Virus record (IMG/VR): IMGVR_UViG_3300036900_000166 | Coordinates: 1 to 56,613 of that record | Reading direction: 5' to 3' (one strand) | DNA length: 56,613 nucleotides | Source: a virus | Taxonomy: Duplodnaviria > Caudoviricetes | Shown: piece after piece, positions 9,246 through 19,257 of the stretch | Layout of the letters: each line of letters begins with the position of its first letter | Position numbering within the stretch: the first letter of the stretch is position 1 | Notes under the pieces: model-generated | Told to the model about the DNA's origin: nothing | What the model saw: only the letters and a program-made list of their open reading frames with translations | Database searches by the model: none | Program-made: the position numbers and the translations under genes

Positions 9246-9970
9246 ACAAAATAGCGGTGTTCTTCCACTGTCTTTTCTTTGTTGACGGCCAGTTCAGCAT
9301 CAACGCTTTCAACATTGTCTCGGAGCAGATGGAAATGCTGCGGTTGAGTGGGCTTCTGGACGAGTGCGACGAGTTGATTGTTGGTATAAACGGGGGGCAG
9401 GAAAGCTTGGAGATGGCGCGACTGGTCATTCCTTCCAAGGCCAAACTGGTGATGCACGGACTTGAATCCAAGTCGGAGAACCTGACCATCGTGGAGCTTG
9501 AACGGTGGGCACCACTACACTTGGGCTGGGACATCCTTTATTTCCACGCCAAAGGATGCACCCGAGGTGGGGACCAGAACCACTTGGATAAAGTATCTCA
9601 CCCTTGGCGACGCGCCATGATGTCGGACCTTGTGTGGAACTGGCGTTACTGCGTTTCGGAACTGGAATCGGGCTACGACATCGTGTGTTCACACTGGATG
9701 TGGAACATGGCTGACGGCACGCAGCACATTCCGGCTGGTAACTTTCTGTGGATAACCGCACGGTTCGCGGCTAACCTCCCGTCATTGTTCCTCCGATCAC
9801 AAGTCAAAACCCACGGCATCGCGGCTGCTGAAAGCCGGTGGGAAGCTGAAGTGAAGTGGGGAAACGGCAAGATTCCCAACGTGAGAGAGATTCGGCCACA
9901 CGGCGGTGACGGGGTTCCGTGGGTTAAACAGGACGGAAAACGACGGTTGGTGATGATGAATGACCCCTGA
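9236..9970 (+). CDS. Putative glycosyltransferase
   Basis: ILYFHAKG...WRRAM...GNFLW...RWEAE, a pattern seen in phage/giant-virus glycosyltransferase-like proteins; start moved to ATG 9236. Confidence 0.6.
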   Translation: MRLNKIAVFFHCLFFVDGQFSINAFNIVSEQMEMLRLSGLLDECDELIVGINGGQESLEMARLVIPSKAKLVMHGLESKSENLTIVELERWAPLHLGWDILYFHAKGCTRGGDQNHLDKVSHPWRRAMMSDLVWNWRYCVSELESGYDIVCSHWMWNMADGTQHIPAGNFLWITARFAANLPSLFLRSQVKTHGIAAAESRWEAEVKWGNGKIPNVREIRPHGGDGVPWVKQDGKRRLVMMNDP

Positions 9971-11033
9971 ACTCCAAAAGGCGTACGAGGAATCCTACCG
10001 TCCATTTGTGGAAGGTGGCGGGGCCATCACTGCCGAACAGACCAAGATGCGGTCATGGAGGTACTTTCTCGAAATCAATTCCATGTGCAACTTGAAGTGT
10101 CCCAGTTGCACTAAGGGGAATTTGGGGATCGGCTACGAGCACCTGAACGGGATCATGGATGCCGACTTAATGGAGAAGTGCATTGAGAAGATCCGCAACG
10201 AGAACAACCAAGCCATCGTGTTTCTCTACGGCAATTCTGAACCGTTCTTGCACCCACGCCTGCCAGAGTGCATTGCGATGGTGAAGAAGTACGGGCTGCG
10301 CTGTGAGATGTCCACCAACCTGAATTACCTTCAGCGTGTCGAAGAGACATTGGCCGCGCACCCCGATTTCATGATCATCAGCCTTTCAGGGTTCACTCAG
10401 GAAGTGTACGTTAAAGGTCACTCCGGGGGACAGATCGACAAGGTGAAGGCCAACATGAAGATCATCGGTGAAGCCAACGCCAAGCTTCCAATCCCGGTCA
10501 CCATCTCGGTCAATTATCACATCTACAAAGACAACGAGCACGAACTGGAATTGATGCGTGCGTACGCTTCAGAATGTGGGATTGGCCTGTTCACCTCAAC
10601 GGCACGGGCAATCAGCATGGAGAACTCTATTCAGTACGTGCGCGAGAAAGACCCCGAGGCGACACCCTACGAGGTTCAAGAAGGCCGACCCGACTGGAAT
10701 AAGCTGTTGCCTCCACCGTCACAGCAGTGGCGCGACACGATGGATCGGCTGAAGATCCCACCACAGAATGCGCGGGAGATGTACGCAAAAAACCCGGTGT
10801 CAAAGATTTGCCCGGTTGGGGCTGGTGGCATGTTCACCTTTATTCGTCACGACGGGAAGGTTTCGTTGTGCGCGTGTGTGGCCGACCGACGCATCACCAT
10901 CTCCGACGACTATCTTTCAACTAATGTTGACGAAATGGTGGAAAGGAGAGTTAATCATTCGATTTGTGCTCAGTGCTCTAAATACAAACTGAATATGTAC
11001 TACCACATCGTCGAGCGAAGCCTTTGGGATTAG
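9960..11033 (+). CDS. Radical SAM protein with SPASM/Twitch-like C-terminus
   Basis: CNLKCPSC (CxxxCxxC), EPFLHP, STN; C-terminal C...DGKVSLC...CAQC. Confidence 0.92.
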   Translation: MTPELQKAYEESYRPFVEGGGAITAEQTKMRSWRYFLEINSMCNLKCPSCTKGNLGIGYEHLNGIMDADLMEKCIEKIRNENNQAIVFLYGNSEPFLHPRLPECIAMVKKYGLRCEMSTNLNYLQRVEETLAAHPDFMIISLSGFTQEVYVKGHSGGQIDKVKANMKIIGEANAKLPIPVTISVNYHIYKDNEHELELMRAYASECGIGLFTSTARAISMENSIQYVREKDPEATPYEVQEGRPDWNKLLPPPSQQWRDTMDRLKIPPQNAREMYAKNPVSKICPVGAGGMFTFIRHDGKVSLCACVADRRITISDDYLSTNVDEMVERRVNHSICAQCSKYKLNMYYHIVERSLWD

Positions 11034-11034
11034 C

Positions 11035-11871
11035 ATGTCAAAAATACTTTTACTTGGGAAAACAGGATATATCGGCAGCCAGTTTCACGAAGAGATTATT
11101 AAACGAGGATGGGATTACCACGCTGTCAGCCGAAAAGAGCACGATTACACCTGGAACGAGGAACTGATTCCCCTGCTTAGAAACGACATTCATTTTGTCA
11201 TCAACTGCGCCGCCTTCATACCTAAAGAATCGGTTCGGCTATGCGACAACTTTCCAGAGGAAACCATCAAGGCAAATGTGGTTTTTCCTTCAACGCTTTC
11301 AACTCTGTGCAGCCAGTTCAGCATTCCGGTGGCTCACATCTCGACAGGCTGTTTGTGGGACGACGGCCAAGAACACAATGAAGGCGACCTTCCCCAAAGA
11401 GCATTCAAGGGATATTGCGGGTTTTATGTGGGAACCAAATGGATGTCCGAACAAGAAGTCCGGAACACCAACCACAACCATTACGTGTGGAGGGTGAGGC
11501 TTCCGTTTGGTGAGGTGGACAACGATCGAAACTACCTTTCAAAACTGGTCCGATTTCCAAAGGTGTGGGACCACAACAATTCGGTGTCACACCGTGGAGA
11601 TTTTGTAAAGGCGTGCTTGGACCTGTGGCAACTTCGGGCACCATTTGGAACGTACAACGTGATGAACCCCGGTTCTGTAAGGGCGGTGGAAATCGTGGAG
11701 CAAATGCTCGACATGGGGATTATCAAGGCGATGCCGGAAATTGTCACCGGCCAACCTGGAGACTGCCAGGTCAACGTGGAGAAGATTCAAAAGGTGGGGG
11801 TAAAAATCCGTCACGTAAACGATGCGATTGCCGACGCACTCAAAAACTGGCATACAGAAACTTGTGTATAA
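11035..11871 (+). CDS. NDP-4-keto-6-deoxyhexose reductase / epimerase-reductase (RmlD-like SDR)
   Basis: GKTGYIG Rossmann motif, VINCAA, HISTGC, YVGTK (YxxxK), RVRLP. Confidence 0.85.
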   Translation: MSKILLLGKTGYIGSQFHEEIIKRGWDYHAVSRKEHDYTWNEELIPLLRNDIHFVINCAAFIPKESVRLCDNFPEETIKANVVFPSTLSTLCSQFSIPVAHISTGCLWDDGQEHNEGDLPQRAFKGYCGFYVGTKWMSEQEVRNTNHNHYVWRVRLPFGEVDNDRNYLSKLVRFPKVWDHNNSVSHRGDFVKACLDLWQLRAPFGTYNVMNPGSVRAVEIVEQMLDMGIIKAMPEIVTGQPGDCQVNVEKIQKVGVKIRHVNDAIADALKNWHTETCV

Positions 11872-13060
11872 ACCTCACATACGCTGCCGGATCTGCTCAT
11901 CGAGAGATTTAATCGAAGTTCTGGACTTGGGCATAATGCCCTTGGCCAACGATTTTAAGGATGCCACACAGCGACGTTCAGGATACGCCCCACTCAAGCT
12001 AATGTGGTGCGACAAGTGTAACTTGGCCCAACTTTCTGCGGTTGTAGACCGGAACATCATTTACAAGAATTATCCTTACGTTACCAGCCAAAGCGAAACG
12101 ATGAAGGAGCATTTCAGGCTACTTCTGGATGATTTAATAAAAGAGTGTGAACCCGGAACTGTGGTGGAAATCGGAAGCAATGACGGGGCTTTTCTGAAGA
12201 AATGTTCAGAGTTTGGATTTAAGCGCACCCTTGGAGTCGATCCCGCTGACAACCTTTGCGACTTGGCCCACAAAAGGGGAGTTGAAACCGTCAACGAGTT
12301 TTTCAATGAAAAGACAGCAAGAGAGATTGCGAATGATGGTATCTTCCCCGACCTGATCGTGGCCCGACACGTTTTCTGTCACATCGACGATTGGCACGAA
12401 GCAATTCATTCTCTGGGAGTGCTTTCCTCCGTAAACACAGTTATTGCGATTGAGGTTCCCCACTTCCTTGAAACCGTCAAAAACGTGGAGTGGGACCAGA
12501 TCTACCACGAACACCTGTCGTTTATGACAGTCAAGGCAATGGAGCGAGCTTTGCTTCACTCGATGCTGCACATCCACGACATTAAGCACTACTCCATTCA
12601 CGGGGGTGCGATTGTGATCTTGTTGCGGCGAAATGACTGTGATGTCCCACCGCACATTACAAATATCGAGACCCTTGGACTGTCCGACCTGATGGAGTTC
12701 AAGAACAAAGCCGAATGTTTGGTGGCGGATTTGAGGAACACGGTCACCGATCTTGTAAGTCAGGGCAAAACCGTTGTTGGATACGGAGCTACGGCAAAAG
12801 CCACGCAATGGATTCAAATGTGTGGATTTACCAAGAAGCACCTCAAGCGAGTCTACGACAACACGCCCCAAAAGATTTCCAAGTTCATGCCGGGTTCAGA
12901 TATTCCTGTTGTCGATCCGCCCGCCATGTCAAAGGACCGTCCAGATTACGCGGTGTGCTTTGCGTGGAACTGGTTTTCTGAGATTCACAAGAAGGAGCAG
13001 GCATTCAAGGACAATGGTGGAAAGTGGATCGTGCCCGTTCCGGAGGTAAAAATTGTATGA
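11864..13060 (+). CDS. NDP-hexose C-methyltransferase
   Basis: N-terminal Zn site CRIC...CDKC, LG-MPLAN, YPY, VEIGSNDG, IYHEH, GYGA-AK, FAWN; GTG start at 11864. Confidence 0.9.
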   Translation: MYKPHIRCRICSSRDLIEVLDLGIMPLANDFKDATQRRSGYAPLKLMWCDKCNLAQLSAVVDRNIIYKNYPYVTSQSETMKEHFRLLLDDLIKECEPGTVVEIGSNDGAFLKKCSEFGFKRTLGVDPADNLCDLAHKRGVETVNEFFNEKTAREIANDGIFPDLIVARHVFCHIDDWHEAIHSLGVLSSVNTVIAIEVPHFLETVKNVEWDQIYHEHLSFMTVKAMERALLHSMLHIHDIKHYSIHGGAIVILLRRNDCDVPPHITNIETLGLSDLMEFKNKAECLVADLRNTVTDLVSQGKTVVGYGATAKATQWIQMCGFTKKHLKRVYDNTPQKISKFMPGSDIPVVDPPAMSKDRPDYAVCFAWNWFSEIHKKEQAFKDNGGKWIVPVPEVKIV

Positions 13061-15363
13061 AATGGGACTCCGTTGGACAAGTCGAAGAGGTGGTCTGGAT
13101 CATGCGATTGGTTGACCAGCCACGGGGCGACAATCGGGCCATCCTTGACCGGCTGTTCAACGGCGATCCTCCGGAAACGAGGGAAGAGGCTGAAATCAAC
13201 AACAATCAAGTAAACCGTAACTTCCTCCACGGTCCAAATCTTCTCTCTCAAGCTCGCTCACAGTGGAACAACGCCATGATGGGACAGGCGTCGTACTTCG
13301 GGGTGACTTTGGATTCGGGTCCGGTGTACAAACGTCAGGAGTGGTCGCACACCATCTCATCCAACATCAACCGTCAACTCAAGCGGTGCCGGGGGCAGAT
13401 GGAGCAGACGAGGGCCGAAGGTGCTCAAACGATTTTACACGGGATTGCCCCGTCAGGGTTCACTGACCGACGCAACCCCATCCTCAAGACGATTCCTATT
13501 TCGTCTTTGATGATCCCCAGTGAAACCGAAATCGACTTCTCCAATCTGGAATACTTCGCCGTGTTCCGAGAATACACCCCAAGCCAACTCTGGACCCTGA
13601 CCCACGGTCCAAGTGTTGATCCGGGGTGGAACATGCCTGCTGTTGTCGAAGCATGGAAGTACGCACGCGAAATCATAATGAAAGACACCAACGCTTCGGC
13701 GCTTCAGTACATGCCGGAACGGTGGGAGGATCTTCGAAAGCAGGACATGGGATATTTGGGAACAGACGCGGTGCCGACGATAGATGTTTGGGACTTTTAC
13801 TTTCGAGAATCAGAGGATGGAAACGGGTGGTATCGGCGCATGTTTCTTGATTGGGGAGTTCCCCGAGGTGAAATCAAAGGGTCAAAACCGGAGAGCAGGA
13901 ACGGTCACGGCGACAAGGAAAAACACGGTGGGTTCCTCTACACCAGCGGCAAGCGAAAGTTCGCCAATTCACTTTCCGAGATTCTTCAGTGCCAATTTGG
14001 TGATTGTTCGGCTGTCGCTCCATTCAAGTACCACGCAGTTCGCTCCCTTGGGTGGATGCTGTGGTCCATCTGCGACATCCAGAACCGGATGCAGTGTCGA
14101 TTCACCGAGAACGTGTTCATGCAGTTCTTGTGGTGGTTCCGCGTGGCGGGACAAGGGGACTTTGCACGGGTCAAGAAAGCAATGTTTGAACAGATGGGGG
14201 TCATTCCGGCTGGCATATCCATGATTCCAGCACAGGAACGCTTCAAGCCCGATGCTGGACTTGTCGAGATGGCCTTTGAACAGAACAAACAGATCATGGC
14301 ACAAGTGTCAGGTGCCTACACCAACAACGGAGAGGACATCGGCAAGGAAGAGACAGCGACGGGCACGATGGCCAAGGTTCATTCCGTGAACGCTCTGGCT
14401 GGTGGGATTCTCACGCTGGCCTGTGAGTATTCCAAGTACAAGTTCATGGAACAGGCGCGACGGTTCTGCATTAAAAAGAGCCCGTACAAGATGGCCAGAG
14501 ACTTCCAGTTGGCGTGTCTCAAGGCCAATGTTCCACCCGAAATGCTGGATGCTTCACGGTGGAACATCGAACCAGACAAGGCTCTTGGTTCCGGCAACAA
14601 GGTGCTGGAAATGGCCATCATCCAGTTCTTGCAGGGGATCAGGAAAAACCTTGGTCCGGATGCTCAGAGGAAGGTGGATCACCTGTCCATCGTGTCGGCC
14701 ACCGACCAACCCGCTTTGGCCGAAGATTTGGCCCCCATCGAAGGCCAAAAGAAACTCAGCCCATCGACCATCAACGCTTCAGATTCTTCAACACGACTTC
14801 TTGCTGGCCTAGACTTCTTTATGCCGCCGGAAGGTGTGCCCGAGGATTACGTGACCATGTGGCTGCACGATATGGGCACCCGAATTGGCCAGATCCAACA
14901 GAGTGGCGGCGTGGGCGACCAGGATAAGCTTGCTGGCCTTGCGAACATGGCCAAGAACATTTCACAACTCTTGGCTCAGATGGAGACCAATGAGGACGAC
15001 CGTGAAAAGGTGAAGCAATATCAAGACATTCTGGCCAAGATGATGAATCACCTCAAGGGCTTTGCCCAACGGTTACAGGAACAGAAGGGTAAACAGAATG
15101 GTAGCGGTGACCCCGAAGCTGCTGCCAAGGCACAACTGACCATGATGCAGGGGGCTTTAAAGCTCAAGAACACGGCTGAGAGCCACGCTTCACGCACCGC
15201 ACAGAAACAGGCGAGCTTTGAACTGGCAGAACAACGTGCCGACCGTAAGAACCAAGCCGACATCAGGCGCGAGAATGAAAGATCGAGACAGGAACGGACT
15301 GCTGACGCACTCAAGACCGTACATGAAATACAGACCAATAGACTCAAAAGCTATACCGAGTGA
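13057..15363 (+). CDS. Portal protein (probable)
   Basis: 768 aa; lies between terminase and scaffold/capsid; long C-terminal coiled coil as in P22-like portals. Confidence 0.72.
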   Translation: MKWDSVGQVEEVVWIMRLVDQPRGDNRAILDRLFNGDPPETREEAEINNNQVNRNFLHGPNLLSQARSQWNNAMMGQASYFGVTLDSGPVYKRQEWSHTISSNINRQLKRCRGQMEQTRAEGAQTILHGIAPSGFTDRRNPILKTIPISSLMIPSETEIDFSNLEYFAVFREYTPSQLWTLTHGPSVDPGWNMPAVVEAWKYAREIIMKDTNASALQYMPERWEDLRKQDMGYLGTDAVPTIDVWDFYFRESEDGNGWYRRMFLDWGVPRGEIKGSKPESRNGHGDKEKHGGFLYTSGKRKFANSLSEILQCQFGDCSAVAPFKYHAVRSLGWMLWSICDIQNRMQCRFTENVFMQFLWWFRVAGQGDFARVKKAMFEQMGVIPAGISMIPAQERFKPDAGLVEMAFEQNKQIMAQVSGAYTNNGEDIGKEETATGTMAKVHSVNALAGGILTLACEYSKYKFMEQARRFCIKKSPYKMARDFQLACLKANVPPEMLDASRWNIEPDKALGSGNKVLEMAIIQFLQGIRKNLGPDAQRKVDHLSIVSATDQPALAEDLAPIEGQKKLSPSTINASDSSTRLLAGLDFFMPPEGVPEDYVTMWLHDMGTRIGQIQQSGGVGDQDKLAGLANMAKNISQLLAQMETNEDDREKVKQYQDILAKMMNHLKGFAQRLQEQKGKQNGSGDPEAAAKAQLTMMQGALKLKNTAESHASRTAQKQASFELAEQRADRKNQADIRRENERSRQERTADALKTVHEIQTNRLKSYTE

Positions 15364-15450
15364 GCTTAAATTCGACCCCAAGGCCATTCGAGAGGTGATG
15401 CGAAAGGAAAGAGAGAGAAAGGGGTTTAAGGTTAGCAAATCCAAACTGCC

Positions 15451-16734
15451 GTGATTGATGCCACTGTAACCGTAATTGATAACGGGCTATTCACCGAGCT
15501 TGCTGTTCGTTTGGCGAGAGAGTTTACCAAGGTGCGTTCAAACGTGGCGTGGGAGGACGAGTTTCCTACTCTGAACGACAGGGCTGTCGGGAGTGGTTTG
15601 TCAGAGGTGGAGTGGGTGGAAGATCCATATTTGGATGAGATCGTGGACAGCACGGACATCTATGTGTTTCCAGACATTTTCCATGCTGGCGACCAACAAC
15701 TTTTAAAACGTTCCGGAAAACTGGTATGGGGAAGCAATATCGGTGATGAACTTGAAACAAAACGCATAGAGTTCCGACACTTTCAGGAAGAACTGGGGAT
15801 GCCGGTTCCAAAATATGAAATTGTGACTGGCTGGACCGATTTATGCGATTTCCTTAAGAATCATGGACATTGCTTCATCAAAACCACAAGCAAGATTCGA
15901 GGGACAATGGAAACCAAAGAGTTTTGGGACTTTGAACAGTCCCAGTACTGGCTTTGGGATCTTAGGGTTAAGCTTGGATGTGGTTCTGAGAGGGTCAGGT
16001 TTCTCATTGAAGAGCCCATCGACACGCCTTTTGAGACGGGAATTGACACGTATTGCGTGAACGGACAGTACCCCAAAACACCAATGCAGGGCATTGAAGT
16101 GAAGGGCAAATTGATCCTTTCCTCTGCTCAAACTAAGTCACCGACACCAAAACCTTTGGATGAATCCCTAACACTCCTCGCTTCCGAGCTTAAGCGGCGT
16201 CAATACTGCAACTTCCTAAGCGCGGAGTTTAGAGGTGATATCCTTACGGACTTCTGCGCCAGAGCACCAAACCCTGGAATCGGTGTGGAGATGGAAATGA
16301 TCCGAAATGTTGGACAAATCATTGCTGACGGCGTTCAGGGCAAGCTGACAGAGCCGGATTTTGAGTTTGAATATGGCATTCAGGCGGCGGTATTCCATGA
16401 CGACGATAAGGAACTGTGGAAGCAGTTCAGGATTCCCGAAGAACTTCGGCGTTGGTTCAAGCTCATGGAGTTTTGCAAGGAAGGAGACGTCTTCCAAATC
16501 ATACCACGCCCCCCACACGGAGAAAAAATAGGATGGCTGATTGGCGTGGGCGACAGCATAAAGTCTGCGGGTGAGCACCTGATGGAAAACGCTGAATCTC
16601 TTAAAAAGTACCCCTTCGACATTAAAACCGGAGAACTCGAAGAAGCCGTTAAGCAAGCCCACGAAATGGAGAAGATAGGGTTCGAGTTTGCAAGCGATCC
16701 ACTGCCAGACCCAGAAACCGTTATTGAAACGTGA
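15451..16734 (+). CDS. ATP-grasp enzyme, PurD-like fold
   Basis: VWGS...ELETKRIEF...GMPVP, FIKT, LIEE, E.GID, DFCAR.PNP, resembling PurD LE.SK/EFN.RFGDP. Confidence 0.7.
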   Translation: MIDATVTVIDNGLFTELAVRLAREFTKVRSNVAWEDEFPTLNDRAVGSGLSEVEWVEDPYLDEIVDSTDIYVFPDIFHAGDQQLLKRSGKLVWGSNIGDELETKRIEFRHFQEELGMPVPKYEIVTGWTDLCDFLKNHGHCFIKTTSKIRGTMETKEFWDFEQSQYWLWDLRVKLGCGSERVRFLIEEPIDTPFETGIDTYCVNGQYPKTPMQGIEVKGKLILSSAQTKSPTPKPLDESLTLLASELKRRQYCNFLSAEFRGDILTDFCARAPNPGIGVEMEMIRNVGQIIADGVQGKLTEPDFEFEYGIQAAVFHDDDKELWKQFRIPEELRRWFKLMEFCKEGDVFQIIPRPPHGEKIGWLIGVGDSIKSAGEHLMENAESLKKYPFDIKTGELEEAVKQAHEMEKIGFEFASDPLPDPETVIET

Positions 16735-16946
16735 ACCAACCAATTCCACAGCCGTCAGAGAAGAAACCCGTGGACCCGGTGGCGCGGTCCATCGCCAAAC
16801 CCGATGCTTTCGCCAAGCCAGCGACCATTGGAAAACCGGGCCAACCCACCGCCAAGCAGACACGCGTACGCACCATGGACTGGAAGCGTGGTCGCGGGAG
16901 GCCACGCAAGACGCTCAGGGACAAGCGCGACGTGAAATTCTTTTGA
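16731..16946 (+). CDS. Small basic protein with an AT-hook-like motif
   Basis: KRGRGRPRK. Confidence 0.5.
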   Translation: MNQPIPQPSEKKPVDPVARSIAKPDAFAKPATIGKPGQPTAKQTRVRTMDWKRGRGRPRKTLRDKRDVKFF

Positions 16947-16947
16947 T

Positions 16948-17343
16948 ATGCAATTCGACCTTAAATGCAGCGAATGTGAGCTGTACCTCAGACTCACGTA
17001 TGATTCGGTTCAAGAGGCGGTTGAGGGAATGGATGAAGAAGGTTGGGCTCTCGGGGTTGATGACCGAACACCAACTCAGAGGATTTCCGATAGTATTAAG
17101 GCCGCTCAGACTGGAACCTTGGCTGTTATCCCGGCTTATTGTAAGAATCACAACCCAAAACGAACAACGAGATCGGGAATGAATATTTCAGAACTTATCG
17201 ATGCCCTTTCCAGAATCAAAGTCTCGAACGGAGATTTGGTTTGTTACGCTCAAGACGGGTTAGATCCATCGGATTCCCAACCTGTAACTTCACTTGAAGT
17301 GGAAATGCGCCCGGATGGTCAAGTCGTTAAAATACTCGCATGA
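16948..17343 (+). CDS. Hypothetical protein
   Basis: Coupled ORF; CSEC...YCKNH. Confidence 0.55.
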   Translation: MQFDLKCSECELYLRLTYDSVQEAVEGMDEEGWALGVDDRTPTQRISDSIKAAQTGTLAVIPAYCKNHNPKRTTRSGMNISELIDALSRIKVSNGDLVCYAQDGLDPSDSQPVTSLEVEMRPDGQVVKILA

Positions 17344-17624
17344 TCCGTCCAGCCAGAGAGAAATTCTTAGCCACCTACGGTGAAGCGTGGAAGTCGGTGC
17401 TCAAAAGCAACGCCATCGTCTTTGAGGAAGCCACCGTTGCTTCGTTGCTTGAGCTTGCTGAAGATTTGCCGATTGAATGTGCCGTTCCACAAATGGCCTG
17501 TGACGCCCACCAGCAAATGATCGGTGCTCGCAAGGTCTTGAACATCCTTTGTTCGCTACATCAGCCACCAACACCACCAAAACCAGACCTTAACAAGGGT
17601 CTGAACTACCAAGCAGGTATATGA
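17340..17624 (+). CDS. Small head-module protein upstream of the scaffold gene
   Basis: ATGA overlaps on both sides; position typical of podovirus head modules. Confidence 0.6.
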   Translation: MIRPAREKFLATYGEAWKSVLKSNAIVFEEATVASLLELAEDLPIECAVPQMACDAHQQMIGARKVLNILCSLHQPPTPPKPDLNKGLNYQAGI

Positions 17625-18919
17625 CAACCGCAATCGCACCACCACCGCCCAAACCGACACCTCCACCCGCACCGAAGGCACCAACACCACAAGCGCCACC
17701 ACACCCACCACCGGCAGAGCGCGACCCTTCCGATTACATGGGGGACATCGGCAAGGATTTGACCGACCTTGATGTGGCTGACGAAACAGCCAAGAAATCG
17801 GTGGATCGACCCCGTGACCCGGTGACCAAGAAGTTTGTAAAACAGCCCCAGGAAGAGCAGAAACCGGCCAAGGACGAGTCGGAACCTGAAAAGGACCCAG
17901 AGATACCCTCCGAGCTTGAAAAGCCCGTGGAGGAGCCAAAGCCCTCCAATATACGGGCATTGGGCAAGGCGTACGACGAGCTTAAGGGTCAACGCGACAA
18001 GGAGTGGATGCCCAAGATTCAAAGCTTGGAGGCCAAAACCAAGGAATACGAGCGCACGATTGAGGAACTGAGAAAGACGGCACCCGACCTGAAGCCAGTC
18101 ACGGAGAAACTGACGGCTTTGGAGAAGGAAAGGGATTCGCTTCTTCAAGAATTGAGGTTTTCAAATTTTCAAAAACACCCGGATTACATAAAGAATTTCA
18201 AGCAGCCATTGGATGAAAAGTGGGCAGAGGCATTGGCTGAGGTTGATGGATTTGAAGTGACTCTTGAAAACGGTTCGACTCGCCCGGTAAATGCTAGTGA
18301 TTTATCCAATTTGGGAGCATTAAACTTAAAACAGAGAGGAGAGCAGGCAAGGGCTTGGTTTGGGGATTCTGCCCCAACAATTCTTGGTCATGTTAAAGAC
18401 TTAATTGATTTGTCAAAGAAGCACGACAAGGCAATTCAAGATGCCAAAAAAGCTGCGGCAGACAACGAAGCTTCTAAGAAGGAACAAGGCACTAAGGAAA
18501 CGGCGGAAATTGCAAAGGCGTACAGTGAGGTGAGTTCACAACTGGTGGCCAAGTACCCGAAGTGGTTTGGTCCGGACGAATCCGATCCACAAGGCAACGA
18601 GCTTCTGAAGAAGGGTTTCGACTACGGGGCCACGGTGTTCGACAACAAACCCGACACCATCAACGGTGAAACAAGGGTGCTCACACCCGTGGAGAGGGTC
18701 AAAAGGCTGGCCGTTATCAAGGCCAAGGCTGCAAACCACGACCGACTTGTGGCGCGACTCAAGGCCGAACAGAAACGGGCTTCTGAACTTGAGGCAAAAC
18801 TTGCCGAGTATGAGAGCAGCGAGCCACCCACGGACGATGCGGGGTCTCCGGGGAAGGTCACCAATGGCGATTGGCAGAGCGAAATTGAGGCTGAAATCCA
18901 CAAACTGGACAGGCGATGA
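17621..18919 (+). CDS. Capsid scaffolding protein (probable)
   Basis: Pro/Glu/Lys-rich disordered N-terminus, RDPVTKKF motif, long coiled coils, located upstream of the capsid gene. Confidence 0.65.
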   Translation: MTTAIAPPPPKPTPPPAPKAPTPQAPPHPPPAERDPSDYMGDIGKDLTDLDVADETAKKSVDRPRDPVTKKFVKQPQEEQKPAKDESEPEKDPEIPSELEKPVEEPKPSNIRALGKAYDELKGQRDKEWMPKIQSLEAKTKEYERTIEELRKTAPDLKPVTEKLTALEKERDSLLQELRFSNFQKHPDYIKNFKQPLDEKWAEALAEVDGFEVTLENGSTRPVNASDLSNLGALNLKQRGEQARAWFGDSAPTILGHVKDLIDLSKKHDKAIQDAKKAAADNEASKKEQGTKETAEIAKAYSEVSSQLVAKYPKWFGPDESDPQGNELLKKGFDYGATVFDNKPDTINGETRVLTPVERVKRLAVIKAKAANHDRLVARLKAEQKRASELEAKLAEYESSEPPTDDAGSPGKVTNGDWQSEIEAEIHKLDRR

Positions 18920-19257
18920 TAAGGCCGATGACAGGCTGCATTTTAATCCGCGTGTTGCCACCCAAGGAGCAATCTGAGGGTGGAATCACGCTGCCACAGC
19001 ACACCATCACCCCAGAAGAGCGACAACAACTCAACCACCACCCCGAACCACCACCACCCGACATCGGCATAGTCGAGGCGATTGGTCCGTGGCCGGTGCT
19101 CAAAAACGGGTTAAGGGTGCCACCACCGTTTCCACCCGGATCTAAGGTGCTTGTAAGGGAAGGGAGCGGTCAGAAGCTTCATCGGGATGTGGGTGAGAGG
19201 CTAAAGTTAGTGAGGACTGATGACGTTTTGGCGGTGTTGCAAGACAATGGAATGTAA
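18916..19257 (+). CDS. groES: Co-chaperonin GroES-like protein
   Basis: IRP...ILIR...EQSEGGITLP...GIVEAIGP...PGSKVL...LVRTDDVLAVL. Confidence 0.85.
   Translation: MIRPMTGCILIRVLPPKEQSEGGITLPQHTITPEERQQLNHHPEPPPPDIGIVEAIGPWPVLKNGLRVPPPFPPGSKVLVREGSGQKLHRDVGERLKLVRTDDVLAVLQDNGM

Noticed and set aside
15451-16734. Bona fide purD auxiliary metabolic gene
   Set aside because: The substrate-binding N-terminal motif is absent and the context is structural; kept only as ATP-grasp
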